From Zancudomyces culisetae HAW-14-8 (Eukaryota > Fungi > Kickxellomycota): a stretch of 64,000 nt of DNA. Positions 48,631 to 61,126 of this stretch are shown piece by piece; position 1 is the stretch's first letter; each line of letters opens with the position of its first letter. The DNA lies in the NCBI GenBank assembly GCA_052426225.1, contig JBNJNM010000012.1, forward strand, positions 992,001 to 1,056,000, in the 5' to 3' direction. Under the pieces are notes generated by a model that saw only the letters and a program-made list of their open reading frames with translations, was not told the origin of the DNA and did not search any database. The position numbers and the translations under genes were made by a program.

Positions 48631-51600
48631 TTAGCGAGAAGGAGGGTCAAGAACAAGAATTTTAATGTCTGCAGCAGGTTTGACCCATAAGTCTTGAGGA
48701 GTAATCAGAATGTACTGAGAGTCAGGTGAACAGCGTGCACTATCAACAATCATTTTCATACTTGCACTGCGGTTTGCAGCGTCCATAAAGACATCAAACT
48801 CGTCAAGAGCACGAATGGGACAGCTTGTAGAATCCCAAAGAGCCAGCAACAACGAGATTGTAGTGAATGACTTTTCACCTCCAGATAGTGAACGAGTATC
48901 TTTTCTAGTATTTACAAGAGTGGAAGTATTGGAAGTAGAAGCAGAGTTATTAGTAGAGGATGGGGTAGAGGTGGAGGAAGGGTTGGAAATCCCATTGGTA
49001 TTTGCATTAGATGAAGATAGAAGAGCAAGATCGGCGTCGGTGTGAACCTTAGGCGTTAGCAGCTGACGTTGATGGTCAATGTGCAGCAAACCGCCGTAGC
49101 CACGACGGTACAGATTGAGGGAAAATTGGAACATAACGCGTTTTGTGATTGCGTTTTTGAGTTCAGAAAGACGCGACAGTCGAATCAGGTGGGCATCCTT
49201 GAGAATACGCGAAACATTGAGCATCTGGCGGATAGTTTGTTTAGCGCGGGCATAGGCGTCGATGTGGTGCTGAGTCTGGGCGGCAATGTGTTCCAGCGGC
49301 TCAGTTTGGGCCGATTCGATGTCCTTGACGGTTTTGCTGAGGGCCTGGATGTGTTGCACGAGCTGGTCGTATGTCAGGTCGGCAGGCACGTCGGCAGTAT
49401 CGGCCGGAGCAGCTGCAAGCTCGTTGTCCAGCCGGCTGATTTCCTGGTCGATGGCCTGTAGGTCAAGTGTGCGGCGTGCAATTTTTTTGTTCCAGTATTC
49501 GATGTTTTCGGCTGTGTGCTGCCGGCCCGTCATAAACTGGTTCTCGACTTCAACACTGGCTGCATCAATGGCACTACTGAGGTTATCAATGGCCTGTTGA
49601 CTTGCAGACTGCTGCTGCTTCAGCCGCCGCAGACTGTTTTCTAGCTCGGCCTTGACGTCATACTGCTCGCCAAACTGCCGCTTGACCATCTCCAGCTGCT
49701 GCTCGACATCGCGCAGCTCTGCTTCATTGGCTAGGATAATGCTTGCTGCTGATGTCGTCATGTTGCTCAGCTCTTCTTCGCGCAGCTCCAGAACGCGTTG
49801 TTGCTCGTCCAGCGCATCGATACGGCGAACCAGCGCACGATGGCTGGTTTGTAAGCTGTTGAGGGTTTGGGTGTGGTCGTTGGCAGTTGTTCTGAGCTGA
49901 TGCAGCTCAGTAGTAAGCTTGGCGTGTAGATCGCGTTTGGATGCAACAAGAGTTTCCATTTTGGCTACAATCTTGTTGATGTCTTCGCCGAGTCTGCCGG
50001 TTGGCCGAATCATATTGGTTGCAAACGTTGAAAACCCACCGGATTTGCTGCCCACTTGGAAACCGTCGACAGTAAAACACGCGACGGTGTTTCGCGGGTA
50101 TCGGCCATTGTTGGATCTCATCACATCGTCGGCCTCGGCTCGGCGCTCGACCAGCAGCACCTGTTCAATGCGGTTCATGTCCACCAGCTGCCGCTTGACT
50201 CGGTCGTCTTGGATGTTGAGCACCCGGAGAATGGTTAGATAATTTCTGTCTGGCTCTCCAATCGTATAGTCAAACACTTCGTCACGCTTTACAACTATGC
50301 CTGATGCGCAATTGTGTCGCTTCATGATTTGGTCCAGTGCGTCTCGATCGCGAAATGTCTCCACCATAAACTGGTTGAGTGCTTTGTCCAATACTGTCTC
50401 CACCACTGGCCCCCATTTCTTGTCACGCAAACTGACGTATCTCCCCAGCGGACCAATCGGCTTGTTTCCTTCCCACCTGCCGTACTCTTCTATATCTGCA
50501 ATCACTCTATCGACCCCTCGCCCAAACCCAACCAGCCTGTCTCCCCTGACCTGCTGCTGCTTCAGTCGCTCCAACTCGCGCTCTAGCTGATTCAACTCTC
50601 TGCCACTGTTTTCATGTTGCTCTTTTACCTCCCTCCCTCGTGCCACCAACTCTGTCCGAGCCTGTTCGACTTCCTGCCGCCTTACTCTCTCCTCAGCCAA
50701 CTTCTCCTCCACTTCTTGGCGCTCTTTCATCAGTTTTGCCTTTTGCATACCCAGTTGCCCTTCCTTTTCTCCGTTATTCTCCCCTCCATTTTTACTCCGT
50801 TCTCTGGCCACTTCAATATCCGCTTTGAGTTTTTCGATTCTGCTTCGATGCTCCTTTGCATCTCTGTTCATCTCCTCTTCGACCCGCTTCATCCCTTTTA
50901 GTTGTGAGATGACCGTACTTAGCTGCTCATCCACTCTACTCTTTTTTTCCACCTCTTGTCTCTTGGCCGCCATTTTCTCTTGTATCTCTTTCTGTCGTTC
51001 ACTAATTTTTGCCTCTAGTTCTGCATTTTTATTTTCCTCTATTTGTATTTTACTTTTGAATCTTTCGAGTCTTTGCATCACCTCTTGCTTCTTTCCTTCA
51101 TACTCCTTCTTTTGTACTTGTTTGTCTCGATATTTGACTTTTTCAATTAGCTTTGTTTTTGCATCTATTTCTTCAACTATCTTTTGAACTTGTGTAATTG
51201 CCTTGTATTTCTGCTCCCATTCGCGTTTCTTATCTCGAAGCTCTAATATCTCTTCCTCCTTCATTTTGATTCCTTCCTCAATCACCTTGATTGATTCATG
51301 AACGCACTCAAAATCCTCCTTTATTCCTTGCAAATGTGTTCCCCTTAAAAACCATTTATACAACTCGTCTGGCTTGTTGCTGCTTAGAAACTCTCGAGAC
51401 GCATCTTGTGACAGAATGTTTATTGGGTTCTCCACCTGTATCATCATGTGGTCTGTTATTGACACCAGTTCCCGTTTTTTAGTACTCACTACAGCTCCTG
51501 TCCTTGCGTTTTTTATTTTTAATTGATTAGTTGAGCCACCACTATTCCCATTATCACCCGTGTTTTCCCTATTTGTTATTATTCTCTCAATCAATATCAT

Positions 51601-52140
51601 TTCTCCATACTCTGCCTGTTTATACCCTTCATTTCCCTCGTTGTAAATCCATAATTTTATTATTGCCTTTGGGCTATTCGCCTTTACAAACCCTTGCATG
51701 TTGCCACTTCTATTCGTTATACTCGCCTTCCCTCCTAACGCGACAGTTATAGCCGTCAATATCGCACTCTTTCCACTTCCGTTTTCTCCATTTACAAAAT
51801 TCATCCGCTCGCCAAACTCCACCAACAAATGTGAATGGCACATAAAATCGATCAACTCTACTTTGTGGATTATCCCAAGTCTTGTGCCCCCGGTGGAATC
51901 TCCAAGAATTGTTAGTTGCTCTTCACCCTCACCTTCCACCAATACATCTCGCTCTCCTTCTTGAGTTTCTCCCTCCTGTTGCGTACTATGTTGGGTGCGT
52001 GGTCTGCCATCTAAATCTTTCCTCCTCTTACCATTCACCCGCTTTCTACTACTAGTATCGGTACCTTCATCACCCAAATATTCCTCGTTTGTTCGTTTTC
52101 TATTGTTTCTTGCCACTTTTTGGTTAGTTGTGCCATTCAT
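48631..52140 (-). CDS. SMC6: Structural maintenance of chromosomes protein 6
   Basis: Walker A GENGSGKS, coiled coils, hinge PIGPLG, LSGGEKSF, LDEFDVFMD, ITPQ. Confidence 0.95.
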   Translation of the reverse strand: MNGTTNQKVARNNRKRTNEEYLGDEGTDTSSRKRVNGKRRKDLDGRPRTQHSTQQEGETQEGERDVLVEGEGEEQLTILGDSTGGTRLGIIHKVELIDFMCHSHLLVEFGERMNFVNGENGSGKSAILTAITVALGGKASITNRSGNMQGFVKANSPKAIIKLWIYNEGNEGYKQAEYGEMILIERIITNRENTGDNGNSGGSTNQLKIKNARTGAVVSTKKRELVSITDHMMIQVENPINILSQDASREFLSSNKPDELYKWFLRGTHLQGIKEDFECVHESIKVIEEGIKMKEEEILELRDKKREWEQKYKAITQVQKIVEEIDAKTKLIEKVKYRDKQVQKKEYEGKKQEVMQRLERFKSKIQIEENKNAELEAKISERQKEIQEKMAAKRQEVEKKSRVDEQLSTVISQLKGMKRVEEEMNRDAKEHRSRIEKLKADIEVARERSKNGGENNGEKEGQLGMQKAKLMKERQEVEEKLAEERVRRQEVEQARTELVARGREVKEQHENSGRELNQLERELERLKQQQVRGDRLVGFGRGVDRVIADIEEYGRWEGNKPIGPLGRYVSLRDKKWGPVVETVLDKALNQFMVETFRDRDALDQIMKRHNCASGIVVKRDEVFDYTIGEPDRNYLTILRVLNIQDDRVKRQLVDMNRIEQVLLVERRAEADDVMRSNNGRYPRNTVACFTVDGFQVGSKSGGFSTFATNMIRPTGRLGEDINKIVAKMETLVASKRDLHAKLTTELHQLRTTANDHTQTLNSLQTSHRALVRRIDALDEQQRVLELREEELSNMTTSAASIILANEAELRDVEQQLEMVKRQFGEQYDVKAELENSLRRLKQQQSASQQAIDNLSSAIDAASVEVENQFMTGRQHTAENIEYWNKKIARRTLDLQAIDQEISRLDNELAAAPADTADVPADLTYDQLVQHIQALSKTVKDIESAQTEPLEHIAAQTQHHIDAYARAKQTIRQMLNVSRILKDAHLIRLSRLSELKNAITKRVMFQFSLNLYRRGYGGLLHIDHQRQLLTPKVHTDADLALLSSSNANTNGISNPSSTSTPSSTNNSASTSNTSTLVNTRKDTRSLSGGEKSFTTISLLLALWDSTSCPIRALDEFDVFMDAANRSASMKMIVDSARCSPDSQYILITPQDLWVKPAADIKILVLDPPSR

Positions 52141-54424
52141 TGCACCCTCTCCTTCCTTTATTTTTTTTTGATTTCTATTGCTGTTAAAGTATTAATATAT
52201 GTATTTCACTACTAAATTCTTAGGGGGTGGGGGGGAGAGGAAAAATGTTTTAATTATCTTGTATTACCATAAATATATCTTAGATGCTGGAATACAAATT
52301 AAGGTCTAGTGACTGCTTTTATCTCTAGTTTCCTTGTATACTATAGCACTCTTGTTGTTTAATGGTTTATACTAGAGTTTATTCGCTTTTATTTCGTGTA
52401 GTTTATTTATCACTGATTTTTTTTAGTTTTTCATAAAAAAAATATCAAATTCACCAGGAATAAATTGTGATTGCGTATAAGATTGCAGAATTCTCGAAAA
52501 AAATTTTGTTTACAATATGAATTCAAATAATAACGTTAAATCAACTGATCCAGAAAAACAGAGGAACGGTATACACCATATTTCCAGCGGATTTGTGAAT
52601 ACTCGCGTTTACAACACCTTGGAGGTTACATCTTTTGGTGAATTATATTTTTAAAGTGACAGCAGACTCGGTTATAATATCTTGGTAAAGATAAATCGAA
52701 TTAAACGAGAGGGAAAGCAGGCGTGTGTATATTCCTTATTGATGTTGAGTTAAACATACAGGAGTGACAACTGTATAATATTGGTAATTTACTCCGACAT
52801 ACACATTACTAACAAGAAAAGATAAAAGTAAACTGTTTATTATAACATGTGTCTTTTTTCACACACACATAAATACACAATTAATTATCCCTTTATTATA
52901 CAGTGTATACTCATGCTTCAAATACAACAGATAAGATTGAGCAACTCGGAATATAAAAGAATGCAAAATGGGAAGAGATTGCAGTGAGGTGTGGTGAGGT
53001 CGGCCCACACTTTCTAGCAATATATTACATCTGCAACAAGGGATCCAGTGAAAAAACAACTTGTAGAGCTACTAATATGCATCAACCAAGTCAAAAATAA
53101 AGGCATTAGTTCTTATTCAGATACAAATAAAGTTGTTTTCTGTTCCTTAATTTACATCTGGTCATTCTCGTAATAAAGTTATTGATGGCATGCCTTGGCA
53201 CATGTCCGTAAATATACTTTTATATACCAAATTTATGCTATTATATATCATGAAAAAAAAACCGGAAGATGTAAAGCAATTCCGCTTTTTTTTTTTAGCT
53301 TCTCGACCAAATAACGGAATTTTTTTACAGCAATGTTAATTAAACTTTGTAGAGTAAAAAAAATCAAACATGTGGGAATAATGTAAATGCGACCCAAAAT
53401 TAATTGATTGGTTTTCTTTGGATAGTTATCACATGATGATAACACGAACATCCAATTAGTGCAAAAAATAGTCTAAAAAAAATCTCTGTGTGTACTTTGG
53501 CAAATGGGTGAATAGATTGGGCCTTGTACCACTTGCCCACAAGACTCAATATTATTTTTTTTGACTATGTTGGATGTATTTTCCGGTAGTTTCTCTTGGC
53601 CATAGATTTAGGAAAGGGCAATCAATTATGTTTGAAACCTGAAACGCCAGCAAATGCAACAATTGTGGTGAGTAGGGGAGATGAGTGGAATGAGTGGGCT
53701 TGAAAATACTGTGGAATGTGTTGACGAGTGGAAATAATCAGCGAGATAAAATCAATGAACATCTACCAATAAAAAATGAGGAAAGTATCAAGATTATTCA
53801 ATAAATTTGGGACAATTACAAACAAATCTAATTATTAGCGAATTTTTGGAGGTGACAATAAAACGGATTAATGCGTCATGAGCCTGGAAAAGAATAATCA
53901 AGATGCAACAACCTCCCTACGTTTTAGCACAAGCTTCAACAATTGGTAAATAATAGATTGAAGCAAATTTTAAATGCACTAAATTACCTAGGTAGAACCA
54001 TTTGCTGGAAAAAATCTAAACGGCCAAATATTTCTTTGCCCATTTTTTTTTACATAAATATCAAAAACTGGAAAATTCATGTTCATTATTGTTTTGTGGG
54101 GGGGGGGGGTGGGATGTTGGGAATTTGGTGTTAGGAGCTAGGTGTTAGGTGTTACTGGAGGAGTGGAGGAAAATCTTGTTTACCAGAGAAAATTCAAACA
54201 AAGGGGGAGTATTGGAGGTGAAAGGTTTATATGTGTGATAGAGAAAAAATTAGCAAGAAAAACACCACTATTACTAAGAGCCTTGGTTTTCTTTTTAGAT
54301 AAAATTTAAAATTGTCCTTATATAAACCGAAAAGATTTTCCACTTTTAAAATAAACAATTTTACAGGATATATTTACTATAGTAAAAATAAACAAGTTGA
54401 GGCGAAAAAAGAAAAAAAATCAAA

Positions 54425-55562
54425 ATGATTAGCAGATATACCAGTGACATTAACATTATCAACTACAACAACTCCAACTATGAAGATGAGGGAGGTGATA
54501 ATAGTTTAAGTAGTTTAAGTAGTAGTAGTAGTAGAAGCGGCAGTGTTGTGAATGACATGATTGCACTGGGAACCTTCAACATAAAACGCAGCGAGGAAAA
54601 AGATGTGGAAATGAACGACGCACAGTATATCAGTGAGCAATTCTGCGAGAGCTTGCTTGAAGAAAGTGAAGATGGAGCAAGCAGTGAGGAAACGTTGTAT
54701 GAAGAGATCGATATTGCGAGCCGGGTAGCCGAGTGTTGTATATACAAGACATGGAGCAGTCCCAGCGAAAAGTATTACTATACGACGGGCAAGAAATACG
54801 GATGGTGTTCCTGATGTAACCAACAGGGGGAGAGGAACAGTAAGGCGGGAAGGCTACCGACGCGAAGAAATGAACGGGGTAGAACCTGGGTGGAGAAGGC
54901 AGCAGGATGATGAAGATAGCGCAGAGAGCAGCGAAGAAGAAATGAGAGACAGGCGAATGAGCGCTGTAGAAGCATACTGGAACAGAAAGGGGATGGTAAG
55001 AGGAAGGATAGGGGGAGGCAGGGCGGGTAATGGGCACCGCGTGAGAGGTACGGGTCTTGCGACGAAACAGCAGATGGATGCAGCACTCCAACGACAAGAG
55101 CTTTGCAAGGCCAACGAGCGGTGCTACCAAGTGTTTCCAAATGGAATATTTGGAAGAAACACAGTTGTGAAGGAAGACAGTGCACGTTTAGGTGCCGTCG
55201 ATGCGGCTATCAGGTTCACCTTCAAGGATAACAACAACAACCCAGCCCTGACATGGAAGGGTATTATGGTGGAGGGAGTGCTAATTCTCACAGATATCCA
55301 GGAACAAAAAGTGAAGAAGTTGCGGGATGGAGAATTTAGTAATAATGTGCTACGGGTGATAGAGTTTGCTGAAGAGACATTGCAATGTGACAGCGTGGTG
55401 GTAGCTATATCTGTACGGGAGGAACAGGATGGGGAAAGGGGCAGCGGAGCTGGAAAAGCAGGAATGATGGGTAGAGCATTTAGATACATGGGGTTTGAGA
55501 TGGTATCTAAGAGAGTATATGATTATTCAAAGGAATTTATGTTGATGGGGTATAGCATCTAA
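54425..55562 (+). CDS. OAZ1: Ornithine decarboxylase antizyme (ORF1 + ORF2 joined by a +1 ribosomal frameshift, ~378 aa)
   Basis: ORF1 ends GGA TGG TGT TCC TGA; +1 frame open from 54813 to 55562; C-terminus IEFAEETLQC...RAFRYMGFEMV...FMLMGY. Confidence 0.93.
54809..54815 (+). promoter_or_regulatory. Programmed +1 frameshift site TCC-TGA-T
   Basis: Matches the canonical antizyme shift site. Confidence 0.92.
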
Positions 55563-55771
55563 TAAATTCCCTACAATAAAGTGTTTTTATTTTTTTTACT
55601 TTAAATTTTGGTTTTATGTTTTATATTATTTATTAATATATTGATTTCTTTTTTTTGAAAATAAAGCAAACTGACTTTGCATGGTTTATTGATTTATATT
55701 ACTTGTGAACAATATGAAGTATAAAAGAGAGAGAAAAGGAAAAATAAATGGTAGGGGGGGGGAGGCTAAAA

Positions 55772-58700
55772 TCAAGGAGTATAAGCCAAGATAGGTTGTA
55801 GGTTCTTTTCAACAGTAGAAACAGGCAAATTAGCTCTAGCAGCGTAGTCTTCGACTTGGTCCTTGCAGATCTTGCCAGAACTAAAGTATTTGGAGCGAGG
55901 GTTGGCAAAGACAAGAGCCGAGATTGAGTTTGGAGGGTTCAGCATGTATGACTGATCACCAGCAAAGGATAGGTATTGGTCGATTTCTGGGTGGGCATCA
56001 GTGGCAAGTTTCCAGAGTTTAGTGATTTCCGAATGATCAGGTTGAGTTGGGTATCCGATGGCGGGGCGAATACCTTCGTATTTACAAGCAAATAAAGCAT
56101 TTACATCAACAGTGGTATTGGCATTGGTATTGGTATTGGAATTGGCAGTGGTAGCAAACTTGGTACTATCTTCATAGCCCCAGTATTGTTGGCGGATTTC
56201 CAAGTGTACACGTTCAGCCATGGCTTCAACCAATCGATCAGCCAGAGTTTTGATCAGTAGGGAAGTATAATCATCGTGTTTGTTGTCCTTGTAATCATCG
56301 GCCAGTTCCAAAATATTCTTTCCAGAAGTCAACAGCATGGTTCCTACATAGTCAGTATGGGTGCTGGAGATAAAATCGCTGATACAATGGTTATGGCTAC
56401 GTGAAGAACTACCACTACCACTACCGGATACATCGTCATAATCTTGGTCTTGGTCTTGGTCTTGTTGCTGTTCTTGTTGTTGGCGAATACCCAAGAACCT
56501 TGTTAGTTCAACACCATGGTCATCATTATTTGTACTATCATTGGCTGGTGCATATACAACAATGTCGTCATTATCGGTACTCTTTGCAGGGTATATTCCC
56601 AACAAGACAGTTCCAAAGTATCGCTCCTTGTCCTTGAAAATCACATCTTTGAGGATTCTGTTTGCATCGTCGAATAGCTTCTTGGCCTCCGCACCAATCT
56701 TTGGATCATTGAAGAGCTTTGGATAACCCTTATGAGGATAGCGACTGTGTAGCTGCCAAATCTTGAAAAATGGATTCCAGTCAATATACTCATAAACTGA
56801 CTCCAAATCGTATTGGCGGATAAATTTGGTTCCCAAAAGGTTGGGACGTCTAATACTATCTGCTGGGTTTCCAGCGAAAAGGTTAGTGGGTTTGTTTTGT
56901 CTGGCTCCATCCAATGTCAGGAACTTGATGTTCTTCATATCCTCATAGTGTTCAAGTCGGATTTCCGTGTACTCTTCCTTGAGATCACTGATGTATTCAT
57001 TCATATTCTGACCCTCACCATCATCAGAAGCAGCCAACAAGCTGGAAAGGGCAACTACACTTCGCGATGCATCCAAAACATGCATTACCACACCAGATTT
57101 GCCATACTTGGGCTCGATCTTGACGGCTGTGTGTGTCTTGGATGTGGTTGCACCACCAATAAGAACCGGAATCTTTTTGCCATCCTTGAACCTACCCGGG
57201 TTGTTCAAATACTCCTTGTTGAGCATTTCGACCACATGCACCATCTCGTCCAACGATGGTGTAATCAATCCTGAAAGCCCTACTGCATCGGCCTTCTCAC
57301 GGATACACGCTTCTATGATTTTCTCAGCAGTAACCATAACGCCCAAATCGACCACGCGGTAGTTGTTGCAGCCGAGTACTACGCCAACAATGTTCTTTCC
57401 AATATCGTGGACATCACCCTTAACTGTTGCCAACACTATTGTGCCATTGTTTTTAGCTTCCGTGGTTGTCGACTGTGCTCCATATAGGAATGGTTCCAAA
57501 TACGCAACTGCTGTTTTCATCACACGAGCTGATTTAATAACTTGTGGTAAAAACATTTTGCCGCTGCCAAACCGGTCTCCCACAACCTTCATTCCATCCA
57601 TCAATGGGCCCTCAATAATATCCAGACACCTTGGATACAGCTCTGTGTTTAGCCTTGCTTCTTCAACATCCTGAGTAATATGTGTTGTGATACCATTGAT
57701 TATTGCGTGAATCAATTTATCGCTGACTGTCTTGCTACTATCTCTCCATTCTTGCCCTGATGCTACTTTTCCACCTGCCCCACCTTCGGATGTGGATTGT
57801 GCCATCTTTTGTGCATATTCCAGCATTAATTCAGTAATGTTTGTGCTGTTGTTCTCGTTCTTGGCCACTTTCAATGACGAAAGCGGCTTGTTCAATACCG
57901 CAGCCTCACAAATCTCCAGCAATTCCTTGTCAATAGAATCGTATGGAATCAATGCACCCGCATTCACTATTCCCATATCCATACCTGCATTGATGGCATG
58001 ATACAAAAAGACACTGTGCATTGCCTGTCGGAGTAATTCTTTGCCTCCTCTAAACGAAAATGACAGATTTGAAACTCCTCCACTGACTTTGGCGCCTGGC
58101 AATTCCTGCTTGATTTTCTTCACAGCTTCGATAAATTCCACGGCATAATTGTCGTGTTCTTCCATTCCTGTACAAATCGTTAGGATATTTGGATCAAATA
58201 TGATGTCTTGTGGATTGAATCCGACTTGTTCACCTACCAACAGATCATAGGATCGCTTGCAAATCTCAAACTTTCTGTCTTTATCCACTGCCTGTCCTGT
58301 CTCATCGAATGCCATCACCACCACTGCTGCTCCGTAGCGCTTGATCAATTTGGCCCGCTCTATAAACTCTGCCTCTCCTTCTTTCAAACTGATACTGTTT
58401 ACTATACTCTTGCCTTGTATACATTTCAATCCTGCCATTATCACTTCAAATTTTGACGAATCGACCATAATTGGCACCTTGGTTACTTCTGGCTCGGTGG
58501 CTATCAGATTCAGAAATTCTGTCATCGCTGCTACCCCGTCCAACATTCCTTCGTCCATATTTATATCTAGCACCATTGCTCCCTCTTCTACTTGCTTTTT
58601 GGCTATTTCCATCGCTATGTCATACTCGCCGCGCAAAATATGTCGCGCAAACTTTCTTGATCCTGCTACATTACATCGTTCTCCAATGTTAATAAAGTTT

Positions 58701-59827
58701 GACTCCTTGGTGTACTTGTACCCTTCCAACCCACTCAATCTCATCACCGATTTTTTAGCCTTGTCGGCATCATTTCCTCCTGCTGTGGTTTGGCATTTCC
58801 TTGGCTTGTATTTTTTCAACACCTCATACATCGCCTTGATATGTGCTGGCGTTGTTCCACAACATCCTCCAACTATGTTCAACAACCCTTCCTTGGCAAA
58901 CTCCTCCATATTCTCCGCCATTTTCTCTGGGCTTTCGTCGTATTCTCCAAATGCATTTGGCAATCCTGCGTTTGGATAACATATGGTATACGCAAAGTCT
59001 CCTGTCTCACCATCAATCTCCTTGGCAATGTTTGCCATAAATGGCTTCATCAGCTCTGCACCCAATGCACAGTTCAACCCTACAGCAAATGGTTTGGCAT
59101 GTATAATTGAGGTCACAAATGCCTCTCCGGTTTGACCTGATAGTGTTCTTCCACTCTGATCCACAATCGTTCCCGAAATAAACACCGGAACTCTAAATCC
59201 CTTCTTCTCGAATACCTCCTCTATCGCCACAATTGCTACCTTGGAGTTCAACGTATCAAAAATTGTCTCTATCAACAATCCATCAACACCACCGTCCAAC
59301 AGCCCCTCAACCTGCTCTTGATACGCCTTTCGCATCTCATCAAATGTCGTATTACGAAAACTGGGCTTCTCCACACTCGGTGAAATCGAAAGCGTCCTGT
59401 TAGTTGGGCCGATAGAACCCAATGCAAACCTTGGCCGCTCTGGCGTACGCTGATTCATAATCTCGCACGCTTGTCTGGCTACCTTTGCTGCCTCTACGTT
59501 GAGTTCATATACATACTCTTCCAACCCATAGTCAGCTTGGGCGATCCTTGTTGACGAAAACGAATTTGTTTCTATAAAATCAGCGCCTGCCTCCAAATAT
59601 CGCAAATGTATTTCCACGATCTCCTTAGGTTTGGTAATGACCAGCATATCATTGTTGCCCTTCAAGCTCATTGAATGATCCTTAAACCTCTCTCCTCTAA
59701 AATCCTCCTCTGTGAATTTGTACTGCTGGATTTGCGTCCCCATTCCTCCATCCAGAATCATTATTCTTTCTTTCATCGCATTTTCTATAAACTTCGCCAC
59801 CTCCTGCTTGTTATTGTAGTCCAACAT
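55772..59827 (-). CDS. metH: Cobalamin-dependent methionine synthase
   Basis: LDGGMGT, GLNC, GGCCGT, IGERCN pterin domain, [10 protein letters not shown] cobalamin motif, SGL, RPAIGYP; ATG 59827 is the likely start (ORF extends to 59932). Confidence 0.97.
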   Translation of the reverse strand: MLDYNNKQEVAKFIENAMKERIMILDGGMGTQIQQYKFTEEDFRGERFKDHSMSLKGNNDMLVITKPKEIVEIHLRYLEAGADFIETNSFSSTRIAQADYGLEEYVYELNVEAAKVARQACEIMNQRTPERPRFALGSIGPTNRTLSISPSVEKPSFRNTTFDEMRKAYQEQVEGLLDGGVDGLLIETIFDTLNSKVAIVAIEEVFEKKGFRVPVFISGTIVDQSGRTLSGQTGEAFVTSIIHAKPFAVGLNCALGAELMKPFMANIAKEIDGETGDFAYTICYPNAGLPNAFGEYDESPEKMAENMEEFAKEGLLNIVGGCCGTTPAHIKAMYEVLKKYKPRKCQTTAGGNDADKAKKSVMRLSGLEGYKYTKESNFINIGERCNVAGSRKFARHILRGEYDIAMEIAKKQVEEGAMVLDINMDEGMLDGVAAMTEFLNLIATEPEVTKVPIMVDSSKFEVIMAGLKCIQGKSIVNSISLKEGEAEFIERAKLIKRYGAAVVVMAFDETGQAVDKDRKFEICKRSYDLLVGEQVGFNPQDIIFDPNILTICTGMEEHDNYAVEFIEAVKKIKQELPGAKVSGGVSNLSFSFRGGKELLRQAMHSVFLYHAINAGMDMGIVNAGALIPYDSIDKELLEICEAAVLNKPLSSLKVAKNENNSTNITELMLEYAQKMAQSTSEGGAGGKVASGQEWRDSSKTVSDKLIHAIINGITTHITQDVEEARLNTELYPRCLDIIEGPLMDGMKVVGDRFGSGKMFLPQVIKSARVMKTAVAYLEPFLYGAQSTTTEAKNNGTIVLATVKGDVHDIGKNIVGVVLGCNNYRVVDLGVMVTAEKIIEACIREKADAVGLSGLITPSLDEMVHVVEMLNKEYLNNPGRFKDGKKIPVLIGGATTSKTHTAVKIEPKYGKSGVVMHVLDASRSVVALSSLLAASDDGEGQNMNEYISDLKEEYTEIRLEHYEDMKNIKFLTLDGARQNKPTNLFAGNPADSIRRPNLLGTKFIRQYDLESVYEYIDWNPFFKIWQLHSRYPHKGYPKLFNDPKIGAEAKKLFDDANRILKDVIFKDKERYFGTVLLGIYPAKSTDNDDIVVYAPANDSTNNDDHGVELTRFLGIRQQQEQQQDQDQDQDYDDVSGSGSGSSSRSHNHCISDFISSTHTDYVGTMLLTSGKNILELADDYKDNKHDDYTSLLIKTLADRLVEAMAERVHLEIRQQYWGYEDSTKFATTANSNTNTNANTTVDVNALFACKYEGIRPAIGYPTQPDHSEITKLWKLATDAHPEIDQYLSFAGDQSYMLNPPNSISALVFANPRSKYFSSGKICKDQVEDYAARANLPVSTVEKNLQPILAYTP

Positions 59828-60634
59828 TGTTATTTTCTGTATTTCCTGTCTTTTTCGCTGGTTTATCTTGTATTGGTATTTCTTTATGAGTTTGTTGTTT
59901 TCGGTGGTGGAAAGGTCCTGTATTATATACAAGTTGAGGCTTAATTATTGGTATCCCTAAATTCCAGTATTGGTTGGATTTGGGATTAGAAAAAATTTTA
60001 TTTTTATATATATTTTTTTTGTAAGATTCACCATGATTTCTGCAAGTTTCTGTTGGTACGATTTCGTTCTTGACGGATTATCCCCCTCCCTTTTCACGTT
60101 TTTGCAAAAAAAAGTGGGATTGGTACTGTTACCTAATACCAAATTCCAACCAAAAACCTTTTGAATGACTCCCACTTCAATAGCCATAATAACTTGGCTA
60201 ACCATTTAATATTCTCAATAACAAGCTGTATCCTTCTTTAGTAGTTATTGTGTAAAATACTGTTATTGCACTAAATATACACATTAGCACAAGTGCAAGT
60301 ATTTATATCGGTTCCAATATCATCCATAGTGACAACCTGGATGTTCTGTGTAAACTGCCTGTTAAAAAAATAATACACCTCTTCTGTTAGGTGGGGAGCA
60401 TTTGTCATAATCAAACATAAACATATAAAACGAATAAACGCGAAAACAGAAAGCAAAAATCAAAAACGTACATGAACATGAACATGAGTAACAATTAATA
60501 GCAATTTTATAAACTATAACAATAGTTCTACACGCCCAGTAATATAAATCTAATACATGTCAGCGTTACAAACATATTCTGCGCCCTCCACCCCGTTTGC
60601 TTCCGTCCACTTTTCCTGCCATATGCAATGAAAC

Positions 60635-61126
60635 TCAATAAATGTACTGTTTGATCCTTTCTTTGTAACGACTAAAGTCCTCGCTAATGTCTAAATACAT
60701 TTCATCGATCTGCTGTAAATATTTCTCTGTCTCTTCAACCTCCTTCTCCAATGCCTTGTTCTGTTCCTTGTACCTCTGCTCCAATTCGATCAAAGGTCCA
60801 AAATCATCTCGAAACACACCGATCTTTTCCTCGTGTTCGGTCTTTTCTTCTCCCTGTATGCTACCTGTGATCTCTATGGCCTCAGCAGGGATCTCGGTAT
60901 TTATCAAGTCTTTAATCTTCTTGACCTGATTACTAATAGATAAAAACGCCACTTTGCGAATCTCATCAAGCTGTGCATTTTCGCCACCCAACTCATTTCT
61001 TTGTGTTACTGGGTACCGCGGATTTATTTCTTCCATGTTGGCGTGTTTGTGGATCGCATCCAGACTCGAGACAAACATCATCGCCAATTCCTCAACACCC
61101 TCTTGCAGTTGTGTTAGTCCATCCAT
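60635..61126 (-). CDS. MED21: Mediator subunit 21 (Srb7)-like
   Basis: MDGLTQLQEGVEELAMMF N-terminus typical of Med21; C-terminal coiled coil. Confidence 0.8.
   Translation of the reverse strand: MDGLTQLQEGVEELAMMFVSSLDAIHKHANMEEINPRYPVTQRNELGGENAQLDEIRKVAFLSISNQVKKIKDLINTEIPAEAIEITGSIQGEEKTEHEEKIGVFRDDFGPLIELEQRYKEQNKALEKEVEETEKYLQQIDEMYLDISEDFSRYKERIKQYIY

Noticed and set aside
54870-55562. Standalone 230-aa gene
   Set aside because: It is antizyme ORF2, reached by frameshift
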